Origin: Priapulus caudatus
Taxonomy: Eukaryota
Assembly (NCBI RefSeq): GCF_000485595.1
Contig: NW_014577092.1
Coordinates: 596,396-633,654 of the forward strand
Direction of reading: 5' to 3'
Length of the DNA stretch: 37,259 bases
In this document: one piece after another, positions 11,962 through 24,100 of the stretch
How positions within the stretch are numbered: position 1 is the stretch's first letter
Layout: every line of letters starts with the position of its first letter
Notes under the pieces: model-generated
The model's input: only the letters and a program-made list of their open reading frames with translations
Databases searched by the model: none
Told to the model about the DNA's origin: nothing
Position numbers and translations under genes: made by a program

Positions 11962-12544
11962 TGTAATGAAGCTAATTCAGCCATAGATAGATACTTAATT
12001 ATAAGAATTTACACCGGCAGATTCGGTGACAGGGACTTGCCTCGGGCGACTAATCAGTCACCCGCCTCATTAGTGCCCCCTATCGAAAGTTGTGAAAGCG
12101 ATCCATGTTATGTGGGCCAAACGCGGTTCACGTGGTTCGGCGAAAATGATATAAAAAGACCCACTTTAGAACAGAAAGGCAGAATCACCTTCGCCAGATG
12201 TGAGTATGGTTAGCTTGCCTTGTCTTATTGTATTTGTGTGTAAACTACTTTGATGTGTGTGTGTAAACTACTTTGATTTGTGTGTGTAAACTACTTTGAT
12301 ACGGTTTATTGTACAGTGTATATTGTACTGTGCTACGACCCGTGTACGCGCTATGCCCCTAGAGGGATTATAATATTTGTGTATTACTCGGTAAAAGATT
12401 AATAGAACTAATTGCTCTACGTTACCTCTTGTTTCTGTCATACGTTATTCACGTCTGTCTATTAATCGTGCTATCTAATGGTGCATCTTACACGCGCCAA
12501 ACGTCACGAACCTGGCCACTATTAACGACACGAGCCTCATTACA
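11962..12544 (+). repeat. 3' LTR (583 bp)
   Basis: Same termini as the 5' LTR, followed by the CATG TSD. Confidence 0.96.
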
Positions 12545-13039
12545 CATGTACCGCTAACGACTCGAAGCGTGGGTAATTATATCACATTCTTTTAAAAATC
12601 GATGTATTAATACATTTTCCGCGTTGAAATGTCGGTAACAGTAACACTAAACCAAATCGCAATTGTAAGCTAATACAAACGATAATATATATAACCCTAA
12701 CAGGAATTATATATAGCCTTTATTATTACCTACGTAGGGTAGCAGAATCAGTGTATCGTAACACACGCAATCTCTCTCTCTCTCTCTATCTCGTTCTCGT
12801 CTTCATTCTCGGTCTCTCTCTCTCGTTTCACAAGGGCGTCCGAAGCCCGTCTCTCTCGTCTATCTATATATAGCCGAACTGATATATATGTGTCATAACC
12901 TATAGACATTGTCGCCATATCGGACAATAACCTAAAGATCATGTAGACCCTAACCACGCACGCACGGCATCACGCGGCACGCCACCACACACGGACACGC
13001 CGCACAACACACTACACGCATGGCACCGCACACGCGTCA

Positions 13040-14194
13040 GTATTATCTATTTTTTGGGAAAGTTACTCATGGTTTGCCCCTGCACGCGTAGCGGGTGCAC
13101 GGACTGAATGCCCCGAATATTCTGTTAGAATAGTGATCTTCAGCAATATGCAACATGGTGCACATTCGAGTAGCTTCGCCACCCACCCAAGTTTACATGA
13201 ACGACCAGTGCGGTTCTAAAACTATATTTATTTGAGCAGGAAATGTATTATCAGCTGTAATTCGGGGTGACCATTTCTATGATGATAACCTGATCGAAAG
13301 ACAACACGTAAAATACCGTGTAAGTGCAAGCACGACCACACGCCACACACGCACGCGTTACACTGTTGCACACCGCACGCACGCATCGCTTACCACGCTG
13401 CTCTAGACGCACGCGCAGACGCAGAACGGCGTTGGACCAACGCGGCGTCAGACGCACGCACGCTACGGCTTACGACCACGCGCTCAGACGGCGACGCTTC
13501 ATGCCCGCAAGCGCACACATCGACTACTTATCTCGCACGCGACAGCACGCACTGCACAGCGCACCGCACGCACGCACGCACACCGCCACAGCAGTGCACA
13601 CACTACACAACACAGCCGCGGGACGCACGCGCAGACACCATACAACACACATTTTAAATAGTATTGTTTCTTAGTATCTTATGTGTTATTATTTTTCTAT
13701 TTTTTATTTATTATTTCTTTTCTCCTATATTCTCTTTATTTATTTTTTTTGTATCTTTTTGGTATGGATGTCATTACTGATATATTTTATTATATATTTG
13801 CTATTCTCTAGTGTTATTGTCCATCTTATTTATTTCACAGCGCTGTCTTATATCTGTCTATTTCTGTTATCTCCTATACGATTTTTGAATTATTTATATT
13901 TGCCTTCGTTACTTATTTCTCTCTTTCTGTTGCTTTTCTCTTTTATATTATTATTTTTCTAGTTTCTGTCACATCATCATTTATTTTTTTTTTATTTTTT
14001 ATTTTTTTTGGTTCTTTTTTTGTTTTTTTTTTTTTATTTTTTTTTTTCTTTCTTTGTCATCTTATTTTTCTATATCTATCTTATATTTTTTTTTTTTATT
14101 TTTTTTTTTTTTTTTTTTTTTTGTTTTTTTTTTTTGTTTTTTTTGTTTTTCTTATCTATCTATCTCATCTCTTTTTTTTTCTTTTTTTATTTCT

Positions 14195-14238
<44 letters not shown>

Positions 14239-14388
14239 CTTATTTTATTTTTCTATTCTTCTTTTTATCTTTTTATCTATTTCTTTTTTTATTTTTTTTT
14301 TTGTTTTTTTTCTTTTTTTTTTCTTCTCTCTATCTTATTATATATTATTTCTTATTCTCTTTTTTTTTTTTTCTTTTTTTTTATTTTT

Positions 14389-14425
<37 letters not shown>

Positions 14426-14749
14426 CCGGGCCCACACACCCTCACGCATGCACGCCAACAACGCGCACGTGATGCAGACATGCACGTAACACACGCGCCC
14501 GCACGCACGCACACGCGCATGTAACGCACTCACGTATGTACGTACGCATACGTACGCGTACATAAGTGCAAGCACGTACACACACACACGCGCTCAGACG
14601 CACAGCACACGCTCACGTAAACGCTCATACACGCGCGGGTATTTGTACAACGCACGCTCACACACGCGCTCATACGCACGCATGCGCAAGCGCACACACA
14701 TACAAATCTACACATACACAACAGAAGCAGCAGTACACGTTAATATACA

Positions 14750-14781
<32 letters not shown>

Positions 14782-15233
14782 CGCACGCACCACGCACGAG
14801 CACGCACGCACGCACGCACGCACGCACACACACCACACACCACACACACACACACACAACACACACACTATATATATACTACGCACATATATTAACCTAA
14901 ATGTGCCATGCATATTATTTGGGAAAGTTCATCATGGTTTATGCCCCTGTAGCAGTATGCGGGTGCAGGACCTGAATGCACCCCGAATATTCTATAGAAT
15001 ATGTGATTTCAGCAATATGCAACATGGTGACATCGAGTAGCTTCGCAACCGACCCAAGTTTACATAAACGCCCATGCGGTTCTCGTAACTCTCATGTTAT
15101 TCAGACAGAGCAATGTATTATCGCTGTAATTCGGCGTCTTTTATGATAATAACGGATCGAAAGACAACACGTAAATAAGGGGTACACACACACGCACGCA
15201 CGCACGCGCACGCACGCACGCACGCACGCACGC

Positions 15234-15272
<39 letters not shown>

Positions 15273-15320
15273 CAGAAGCAGCAGTACAGGTTAAGCATAT
15301 ATTAACCCAAATGCGCCATA
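13040..15320 (+). repeat. Tandemly repeated approx. 280-400 bp unit (13040-13320 noisy copy, 14915-15320 clean copy) with (CA)n/(GCAC)n and a T-rich low-complexity tract; partly low-quality sequence
   Basis: ttttgggaaagtt..catggttt...ccccgaatattct...cagcaatatgcaacatggtg is present twice, and the first copy differs by scattered indels. 13680-14425 is a near-pure T/Y tract. Confidence 0.7.
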
Positions 15321-17690
15321 GATTTCTTTGACGATTGGAACGCATGCCATATTACTATTATACAATTATACAATAATGTATATTTTCAATATACTTATAT
15401 CAGGAGCTTATAAATGTTATGTATAAGCACCTGCTTATATGGTATTACAGTGGGAAACTAAGGGGGGGGGGAGATCTAATTAGTGGGAATCTCCATCACG
15501 AGGGCTGTGCAGCCCGTGGCAGACGATGTCACGGACAAGCACATAGAGATTTTACATGTGAATCTTTACATATTCACTCGTCACGGTAATCTTTACTCGG
15601 CCAGCAAACGCACAAAGCGGATCATACAGGCAGAACTGTGTCGATTTGATGATGTAATGAGTGCGCAATGTCACATACTCCTCACTCACGTGCACATAGT
15701 AGGGGGTGTAGCTGAGGGAGTCGCAGAGGTAGTAGATAGGATGGAGAAAATAGCCGAGGGGTCGCGTGGGTAGTAGCTAGCAGGGTAGTAGCTATGGGAG
15801 GGGGGCGGGGTAAATAAGGGGTCACGGTCAATTAGCGCGACTTTTCTGTACGATAAACATGAGCGACGAACAAGAGGGTCTTGTGAATCATTGATCACTA
15901 ATCTATTGTACAAGTTCATGAGTGCAATATACATAAATATATACAGTAGGATATAAGTCATACTCCACATCGTACAATGGCCTATCACAAAACACATTTG
16001 CGGCAGGTTCCAATATACCTACTGCGCGTTGATAAAAATGGTTTGCACGCAACAGAAAAGGAGTCTACGTGGAAACTGCATGCACATATCGGGTTTCACG
16101 AACGCGGGGAGAGGCATGTATATACGCATGTTAATTACCATGCTTAGGCACATTATTTTTCTCTACGTACAATAAAGACGACCAGAATAGAGATTTCAGT
16201 CCATTCACACATACGCAGGTCTACGTGCACGCACGGACGCACGCATCGCACATATATCGTTTTCCGTTCGTTTTCGTTACACAAATGATTCGAGTAATCA
16301 TAGCATTTCCATAGCACTATATGTGATACGGGTTAGCAACGCTATATCGTGTCATTCTTCTGTGATAGAATCTTTACAATACATTCGCGATACATGCGCG
16401 CATGTGTTAAATTATCTAATCCCAACTGACGCCATGAGGTGAAAGCTATTGAGTTCGTTACCAGTACGAGACCCTGTTGCCCAGTAATATAGGTGGTGTA
16501 CAACAGTAGAGGGCGTCCATATGCAGCATGCCTGAATAAGCATCGTACAGAACTTAATTAAAAATACTCGAGATCGTTTCGGTGCATACGCGACATACAC
16601 TTTATTCACACTTAATGACTACAGATTCAAATTCCAACCTTCACTCGAAACTTTTGCCAGAAGGTTTTCGAGATTTTTTTGGCATGTAGTCGGATCCCGT
16701 ATCAAACACAAAAATGGAGGAATGGTCACCATGGCTACGCCACTTGACGCGATGGCACAACTACGCGACAAGACCAATCTCACCTCTCATGCTTTCTAGA
16801 CGTCTACGAGGCATCTACCTTGCGTGCATAGGCCTATTATGCAAATTACTGAACCCTAGTGCTGAATATTACCGCAAAAAAAATACAAAAGGCCTTTTCC
16901 AGAGACGAAATAGTGCAACATTGGTGAACACTCGGCGGAAGGCTACTGTTGTATGTCACATAAAATCTCTGCTGGCGTTTATGAAACAAATGAACATGCG
17001 TAAAATCAATATGGCCGCGCTAAAAGCACGAGAAATTTGCGATGGGTCTACAAATTTGCCTCTAAATATTGCATCCATTGTTATCACAAATGCTATTTAA
17101 AAAATAATCAAAAAAGCTACATTGCAGTTTTTCCTACAAACTAAGACAAACGCAATTTATTATACATGAGATAGGAGTAATGTCGGATTATAGGTCTAGC
17201 GCTACGGCCTTCACTGCCTCCGCTACGTAGGACTATAGAGAATCAGTTATGCCTATGGTGCTAAATCTAGTTATGTCTTCATTTTCGTGTGGCAAATTAG
17301 TTTGATTATAACATTGCAGAGAAATAAATCTCAGTAGATGCACTATGAAACTCCAACGTTTACAATACGGGTAGGTGGACGTATGTATACACCAATGAAA
17401 ACGCCATTTCATGGTTCAATAACATTAATTCAGGCGCAAACGTGCCCATAGAAAGGTCTCTGTCGTACATCACATCTCGCTTATGAGAAGTCACTGTCTC
17501 GCCTTTTCAAGCTTTTCATTTGCACCTCAAGAAAGACCTCGAAGGAAGTATAATAAGACCTATTTCAGCATATTGGTCGCACTGCCAGTACCGTTACAAC
17601 AATGCAGAGAAACATGAATACTTCTCTAGAGGTCACTTTGTCCCACGACAATTGATAACGTTCGAAGTTCACCCATATCAACGCAGAGTA

Positions 17691-18137
17691 CAGTAAAAAC
17701 CCGCTTATAGTGATTAAGAACCTGTTAGGATTTTCCATTTAGACCCCCTTGACATAAGAACCTGTTGTAGCCTAAAATTTGAAACAGGTTCTTATTTAAT
17801 AAAATTCAGTTAACACTTTAAAATTCATAAATTAACTAAAACAAGTTCTTGGTGGTCTATACTCTATTAGGTATAAAGGGCATGAAAAGAAACAAGAACG
17901 TAGAATAGGGTTTGTATTTGTCTAGATTGCAAACATTTAGACATAATTATATGAATATTTTGTATAAACAAGGGACTGCACCAATATTCTACCAGCCACA
18001 AGCACATTTTTTTCTTAAGAAAATAAGAACCTATTTAAGAACCTAAATAGCCTAATTTCCCAGTACACACCAATTATATAAGAACCTTTTTAGGCTAACC
18101 TGGAAAAATACAGGTTCTTATACGCGGGTTTTTACTG
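17691..18137. mobile_element. Tc1/mariner-pogo (Tigger-like) MITE, 447 bp
   Basis: TA|CAGTAAAAACCCGC...GCGGGTTTTTACTG|TA gives TIRs with a TA TSD. The subterminal TAAGAACCT motif is repeated about 7 times in both orientations. Confidence 0.88.
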
Positions 18138-18173
18138 TATCGATAGCACAGTCGATAGCTATACTCTATAACA

Positions 18174-18822
18174 TATAGACCATTCTTAATTATTATTCAT
18201 GACCTGGGATCACGCACGAAAACGAGGCTAAGCTAGGCAATTTTGTAAACAATGGCTGCTCAGGCAGGCACGCACAGAGGGTGTACACTCAGATACACGC
18301 ACGTACACGCGGGTACACGGAGATACACGCAGGTACACGCGGGTACACGCAGATACACGCACGTACACGCGGGTACACGGAGATACACGCAGGTACACGC
18401 GGGGACACGCAGATACACGCACGTACACGCGGGTACACGCACGTGCACGCGGGTCACCCACGTGCACGCACGTACACGCGGGTACACGCACGTGCACGCA
18501 GGGTACACGCAGGTAAACTCACTTACACGCGTGGTACACGCGTGTACCTGCGTGTACGTGCGTGTATCTCCGTGTACCGCTGAGTACGTGCGGTACGTGT
18601 ACGTGCGTGTACCCGCGTGCACGTGCGTGTACCCGCGTGTACGTGCGTGTATCTGCGTGTCCCCGCGTGTACCTGCGTGTATCTGCGTGTACCCGCGTGT
18701 ACGTGCGTGTACCCCCTCTGTGCGTGCCTGCCTGAGCAGCCATTGTTTACAAAATTGCCTAGCTTAGCCTCGTTTTCGTGCGATGACCCCAGGTCATGAA
18801 TAATAATTAAGACTGGTCTATA
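18174..18822. mobile_element. Foldback-type non-autonomous DNA element: near-complete palindrome with internal approx. 30-bp tandem repeats
   Basis: TATAGACCATTCTTAATTATTATTCATGACCTGGG...GCACAGAGG at left is mirrored by ...CCTCTGTGC...CCAGGTCATGAATAATAATTAAGACTGGTCTATA at right. TACACGCACGTACACGCGGG repeats switch orientation near 18530. TA flanks both ends. Confidence 0.85.
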
Positions 18823-18947
18823 CTGACTATGGGCAGACAGTAATGAGCCTTTACCAGGTCCCTATGGCGCGAATACGATAATTAATACTCTGACGGGACG
18901 CAAATAATTATCTCCTCCTAGATGGTCCAGAGGCGACATGGAGTAAA

Positions 18948-18984
18948 TCAAGAGCGTATTAAGAAGGTCTTAATACGCTCTTGA
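18948..18984. repeat. Perfect 17-bp inverted repeat with a 3-nt loop
   Basis: TCAAGAGCGTATTAAGA-AGG-TCTTAATACGCTCTTGA. Confidence 0.9.
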
Positions 18985-19840
18985 GTAATCTACGAACTAA
19001 CACCGTTTGCGTTACGTGCTACAAGATTTTTTAATCGACTTTTGGAAATCTACGGTGAAAAACTGCGGGAATTTGTTTTACATTAAAACATACATGTTGT
19101 GCACAGTATCTCGTCTATTCCTACATGGTTATCGCATAACCATCCTTTATAGAGTCATTAGAAAGTCAATTTTATGCTGCTTTCAATAAAATAATAGTTG
19201 TCCATAATTTAACGTAATGTAGTTGTTTCACGATGATCTTACATGACAAACATGGGCACCACAGTACTTCTATCTTGCGATATAACAAACGTGCAATAAA
19301 TCCATGGCGTCACTAAAAGCGCATCGTTTCAGTAAAATAATTAATACAGAACAACTTTTATACATCACCGGACCAGTGCAATCAAACTGGATTTAATCTT
19401 GTTAAATAATGTTAAATCTTAGGGCCGATAGAAGAAACGGACAATGTCCATTTGACTAGCGACCCCTGATGCTTGACCTTCACGGTTGCACTTGTGATAT
19501 GTTTTCACGTGATTGTCACGCTTCGGGGAACCCTGTAAGTAATTCAAACCCTTTCAGAGACGTAGTGAGCAATGGAAGCCGCCAATGATGACGACAACGC
19601 CATTGCATAGCTAATTATTCTCTTGAAATCAATGAAGAGACTAATAAATACACGTACGTGCAGGCACACGCCGCACGCACACACCATAATAGCTTGACCC
19701 TCGGGCTGGTGTCAACACCATGCGTGCAATATGCGGGGAACGGCCGTTCCGACCTGCCAAGCGCCTTTCTCTAATTAATTTCACTAACCGCCGCACACCG
19801 CACGCACGCACATTCAACCACGCAGGCACACACGCGCCGC

Positions 19841-19929
<89 letters not shown>

Positions 19930-19939
19930 NNNNNNNNNN
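19930..19939. other. Assembly gap (10 N) in a (CT)n tract, with duplicated flanks
   Basis: N run. acacgcgccgcgccccc occurs on both sides. Confidence 0.95.
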
Positions 19940-20079
19940 CGACACACGCGCCGCGCCCCCGTCCCTCCTCCTCTCTCTCTCTCTCTCTCTCTCTCCCTAA
20001 CACGTCGTTATAGCAGCGATCCCGCGCGCCTCGGCGATTTCCAAGCAATTAAAAATCGAGCGGATGAACTATGCAACCT

Positions 20080-20225
20080 GTTGCTGCTGGCACTGCTACT
20101 ATTACTACTACTATTATTGTTGTGGTTGCTGTTGTTGATGTACTTTCTGATATTGTTGTTGCTACTGCTGCTGTGGTTACTACTTCTACGACTACTGCTA
20201 CTACTACTACTGGTATTGTTGTTGT

Positions 20226-20304
<79 letters not shown>

Positions 20305-20402
20305 GCTGCTGCTGCGCTTTTTGTTATTGCTGCTGCTGATGCTGTTGTTCTTGCTGCTGCTGCTGTTGTTGCTGCTGTTGCTGCTGCTGCTGCTGTTGCT
20401 GC

Positions 20403-20432
<30 letters not shown>
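20080..20432. repeat. Compound trinucleotide repeat (TGC/TGT/TAC)n in the presumptive adenylyl cyclase 3' UTR
   Basis: Direct reading. It explains the poly-L/S/T/A/V ORFs. Confidence 0.9.
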
Positions 20433-20433
<1 letters not shown>

Positions 20434-20656
20434 TGCGTTCGCGACTGTTCTAGAAGCCGATTCTCGCTCACTACGCGGCAATCGACGCAGCACGAGACGT
20501 AGCAATCACAGACGCGCGAATACTCGGCTGCTGCGGCTCCTCACGAGGCAGCTGCTGCCGCTGCTGCGTGGCCGACCCTCTCACGACGACGTGTCGAGCG
20601 GACGAGGCGTGCTCAACGACGCGCACGCTGCTATACTACGAGAGCCGCGCGAAGTA

Positions 20657-20788
20657 TCAGCTCTCTCCGCTCGATCGGCCCTTGAGAAAATACGTGGTCA
20701 TCTCTCCCTTGCCCTTCACGTTGATGGTGCCTCGACACTGGAATTCGTACCCCCGGTCCTTGATTTGATTGTAGATTTCAGTAGTAAC
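20657..20788 (-). CDS. Adenylyl cyclase (AC5/6-like), last coding exon, end of the C2 catalytic domain
   Basis: Acceptor ggccttcag|, translation VTTEIYNQIKDRGYEFQCRGTINVKGKGEMTTYFLKGRSSGES*. It has the CRG.I.VKGKGEM.TYFL motif. IQ|VTT and the short tail resemble ADCY5/6. Confidence 0.95.
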   Translation of the reverse strand, partial: VTTEIYNQIKDRGYEFQCRGTINVKGKGEMTTYFLKGRSSGES

Positions 20789-21175
20789 CTGAAGGCCGAA
20801 AAAGCACATGTTTTATTTACTAGTTTTTGTGTGTGAAAAACCTCTGTTATATAGGAAAAGTCACAAGTTGCCAAATCGATAAAGTAAGGATATTCACAAA
20901 CGTTCAACCCCAGCGTAAAATATACGGGTTACGTAACAATACTTTCAACGTTACGATAGAAAATCGAGCATACGAGATCGAGATCGACACAATTTTCAAT
21001 GATTCACACGTTCAAGTGTTTACATAAAAAATGTGTCAAACGTGACAACCCACATGAATACCAATAAAGGCAAGCAATATCAAGCAAGTGTCTCCACAGG
21101 AACAACGCAATAAATCAGGTCAGGGTAAATGGTGGGGAACTAATTCATCAGCTAATCCTGCACCGCAGGATTAGT

Positions 21176-24100
21176 TTACCTGTATGTACTTGTCATCCTA
21201 TATTCTAACTAGGAGACTAGAATACCTGTATGTACGCATCACGTTATACTCTAACTAGGAGACTAGAATACCTGTATGTACGCATCACGCTACACTCTAA
21301 CTAGGAGACTAGAATACCTGTATGTACGCATCACGCTATACTCTAACTAGGAGACTAGAATACCTGTATGTACGCATCACGCTATACTCTAACTAGGAGA
21401 CTAGAATACCTGTATGTACTTGTCATCCTATATTCTTACTAGGAGACTAGAATACCTGTANNNNNNNNNNNNNNNNNNNNNNNNNGAGAGAGATCAGGTA
21501 TTCGAGTCTCCTAGTTAGAGTATAGCGTGATGCGACATACAGGTATTCTAGTCTCCTAGTGAGAGTACTAGCGTATGCGGACATACAGGTATTCTAGTCG
21601 CATAGTGAGAGGATAACGTGATGCGTACAGACAGGGGATTCTAGTTCCTAGGTTACGAGCGAGACGTGAGGCGTACATACAAGCGTATTCTAGTTCTAGT
21701 TAGAAGTTTAAGGTGAAGCGTACAGACAGGTAGTCTTATCTCCTAGTCTAGAGTATAGCGTGAGCGTACATACAGGATGCTAGTCTCCGAGGTAGATATA
21801 GCGCTGATGCGCGACAGACAGAGCTATGCTGTCTCCTAGGTAAAAGAATATAGATGACAAGTACATACGGTATGCTAGTCTCCTAGTTAGAGTAGAGGTG
21901 ATGTATGCGTACTGACAGGTAGTCTAGGCTCTTAGTTAGAGTGTAACGTAGAGGCGTTACAGACAGTATTCTAGTCTTCTAGTTAGAGTGGAACGTGAGG
22001 CGACAGACAGGTATTCTAGGCTTCTAGTTAGAGGGAACGTGATGCGTACAGACAGGTATTCTAGTCTCCGAGTGGAGAGTGTAACGTGATGCGGACATAC
22101 ATGTATTCCTAGGCTCCTAGTGGAGGATAGACGTGATGCGTACAGACAGGTAGTCTACGCGCCTATTAGGATTAGCTTGAGGGGCATAACAGCGTATTCT
22201 AGTTCTCCTTAGTTAGAGTTAACGGTGATGCGTACATAAGGGATTCTAGTCTCCGAGTTAAGAAGATGGAGCGTTGAGGCGGACATACAGGATTCTAGTC
22301 TCCTGAGTTTAGAGTAATAAACGTGATGCGTACATAAGCGTTTGCGAGGCTCCTAGTGAGAATAGAGGAGGCAGTACATAAGGTATTCTCAGTCTCCTAG
22401 ATAGAGGATAGCTTGATCGGAGCATCAATGCTAGGCGCCGGGTAAGGAACGTGATGGGTACATACAGCGTATTCTAGGCTTCTAGGTAGAGGGAACGGAG
22501 CGTAGCAGACAGGTATTCTAGGCTCTCTAGTTAGAGTGTAAAGTGATGCGCGTACATACAGGTATTCTATTCTCCTAGTTAGAGTGTAACGTGAGGCGTA
22601 CTACATGTATTCTAGTGCCTAGTTAGATATAGCGCTGATGCGGACATACAGGTTATTCGAGGGCGATAAGAATACAGGATTAAAGACATACAGGTAGTCG
22701 AGTCTCCTAGTTAGAGTATAGCTTGATGCGGTACATTACAGCGTATTCTGAGTGCTCCGAGTTAGAGTTGTAACGCGGATGCGGACGACAGGTATGGAGT
22801 CTTCGAGTAGGAGCTGGAACGCACCCCCCCCATGATGCGCTACATACAGGTATTCTAGGTTCGAGTTAGGGGGAACGTGATGCGTAGCATACAGCGTATT
22901 AGGCTCCTATTAGAGTGTGGTAACGGAGCGGACATACAGGGATTCTAGGCTCCTAGGGAGAGTATAGCGTGATGCGTACATACAGTATTCTAGATCGCCG
23001 AGTAGAAGTATAGCTGATGCGGACAGACAGGTATTCGAGTTGCTAGTGAAGGGCTAACGTGAGGCGACATACAGGGATTCTAGTGCCTAGTTAGAGAGTG
23101 TAACGTGTGCGGACATACTGTCATTCTAGTCTCCTAGTAGAGTATAGGCGTGAGGCGTACATACAGGGTATTCTATCTCCTAGGGAGATAAGCTGATGCG
23201 TACATACAGTATGTAGCTCTAGTTAGAGGAGACGGTTGATGACTACAGACAGTAGTCTAGTCTCTAGGTAGAGAGAGCTTGATGCGTACAGACAGGGATT
23301 CGAGGCTCCCACATAGTGAGATATAGGAGACAAGTACATACAGGTAGGCTACGTCGCCTAGGTAGAGTATAGGGGATGACCAACGCGTACAACCAGGTAT
23401 TGCTAGGTCTCCAGGAGAGTACGAGCGGGATGCGTACAGAACAGGGAGGCAGTCTTCCTAGTGAGAGGATAGCGTGATGCGTACATACAGCTATTCTAGT
23501 CTCTAGTTGAGTGCGTAGGCGTGGAGGCGTACAGACAGTGTTAGTCGCTAGGTAGAGTATAGCCGTGATGCGTACATACAGGTATGCTAGTGTCCTAGTC
23601 AAGAATGATAGGATGACAAGTAGTACATACGCGGAGTCTAGTCTCCTTAGTTAGAGTATAGCGTGAAGGCGGACATACAGATCTGTTCTAGTTAGAGTAG
23701 AGCGTGATGCGACATACAGGGATTCGAGTCTCTAGTGTAGAGTAGGCGTGATGCGTACATACAGGTATCGAGTCGCCTACTTACGAGTGTAGCGTGATGC
23801 GTATACATACAGGTATTCTGTCCCTAGTGAGAGTAGAGCGTGATGCGGACATAACAGGGATTCTAGTCTCCTAGGTAGAGAAGGTAACGTGAGGCGGACA
23901 TACAGTATGCTAGTCTTCTAGTAGAGTGTAACGTGAGCGTACATACAGGTATTAGCTAGTCTCCTAGGTAGAGGGTAGCGTGATGCGTACATACAGGGAT
24001 ACTAGTCTCACTAGTTAGAGTATAGGTGATGCGTACGAATGGTATGCATAAGTCTCCAGGTTAGAGTATTAGCGTGGATGCGTACATACAGGTATCTCAG

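Larger units (their letters stand above)
3357..12544 (+). mobile_element. Full-length, decayed Ty3/Gypsy LTR retrotransposon (about 9.2 kb)
   Basis: Two direct LTRs TGTAATGA...TCATTACA, a 4-bp TSD CATG (3353-3356 and 12545-12548), PBS, PPT, gag, and pol in PR-RT-RNaseH-IN order. Confidence 0.97.

Noticed and set aside
13681..14900. Poly-Phe, His/Thr and Cys/Val ORFs
   Set aside because: Translations of T-rich and (CA)n tracts in suspect sequence.
18228..18799. Repetitive ORFs in six frames (YTHVHAGTRR etc.)
   Set aside because: By-product of the stop-free 30-bp repeat in the foldback element.
20300..20656. Stop-codon readthrough of adenylyl cyclase into an in-frame poly-Gln tract
   Set aside because: Several further in-frame stops lie between the TGA and the CAG repeats (a TAG seven codons after it, then TAG TGA and TAG).
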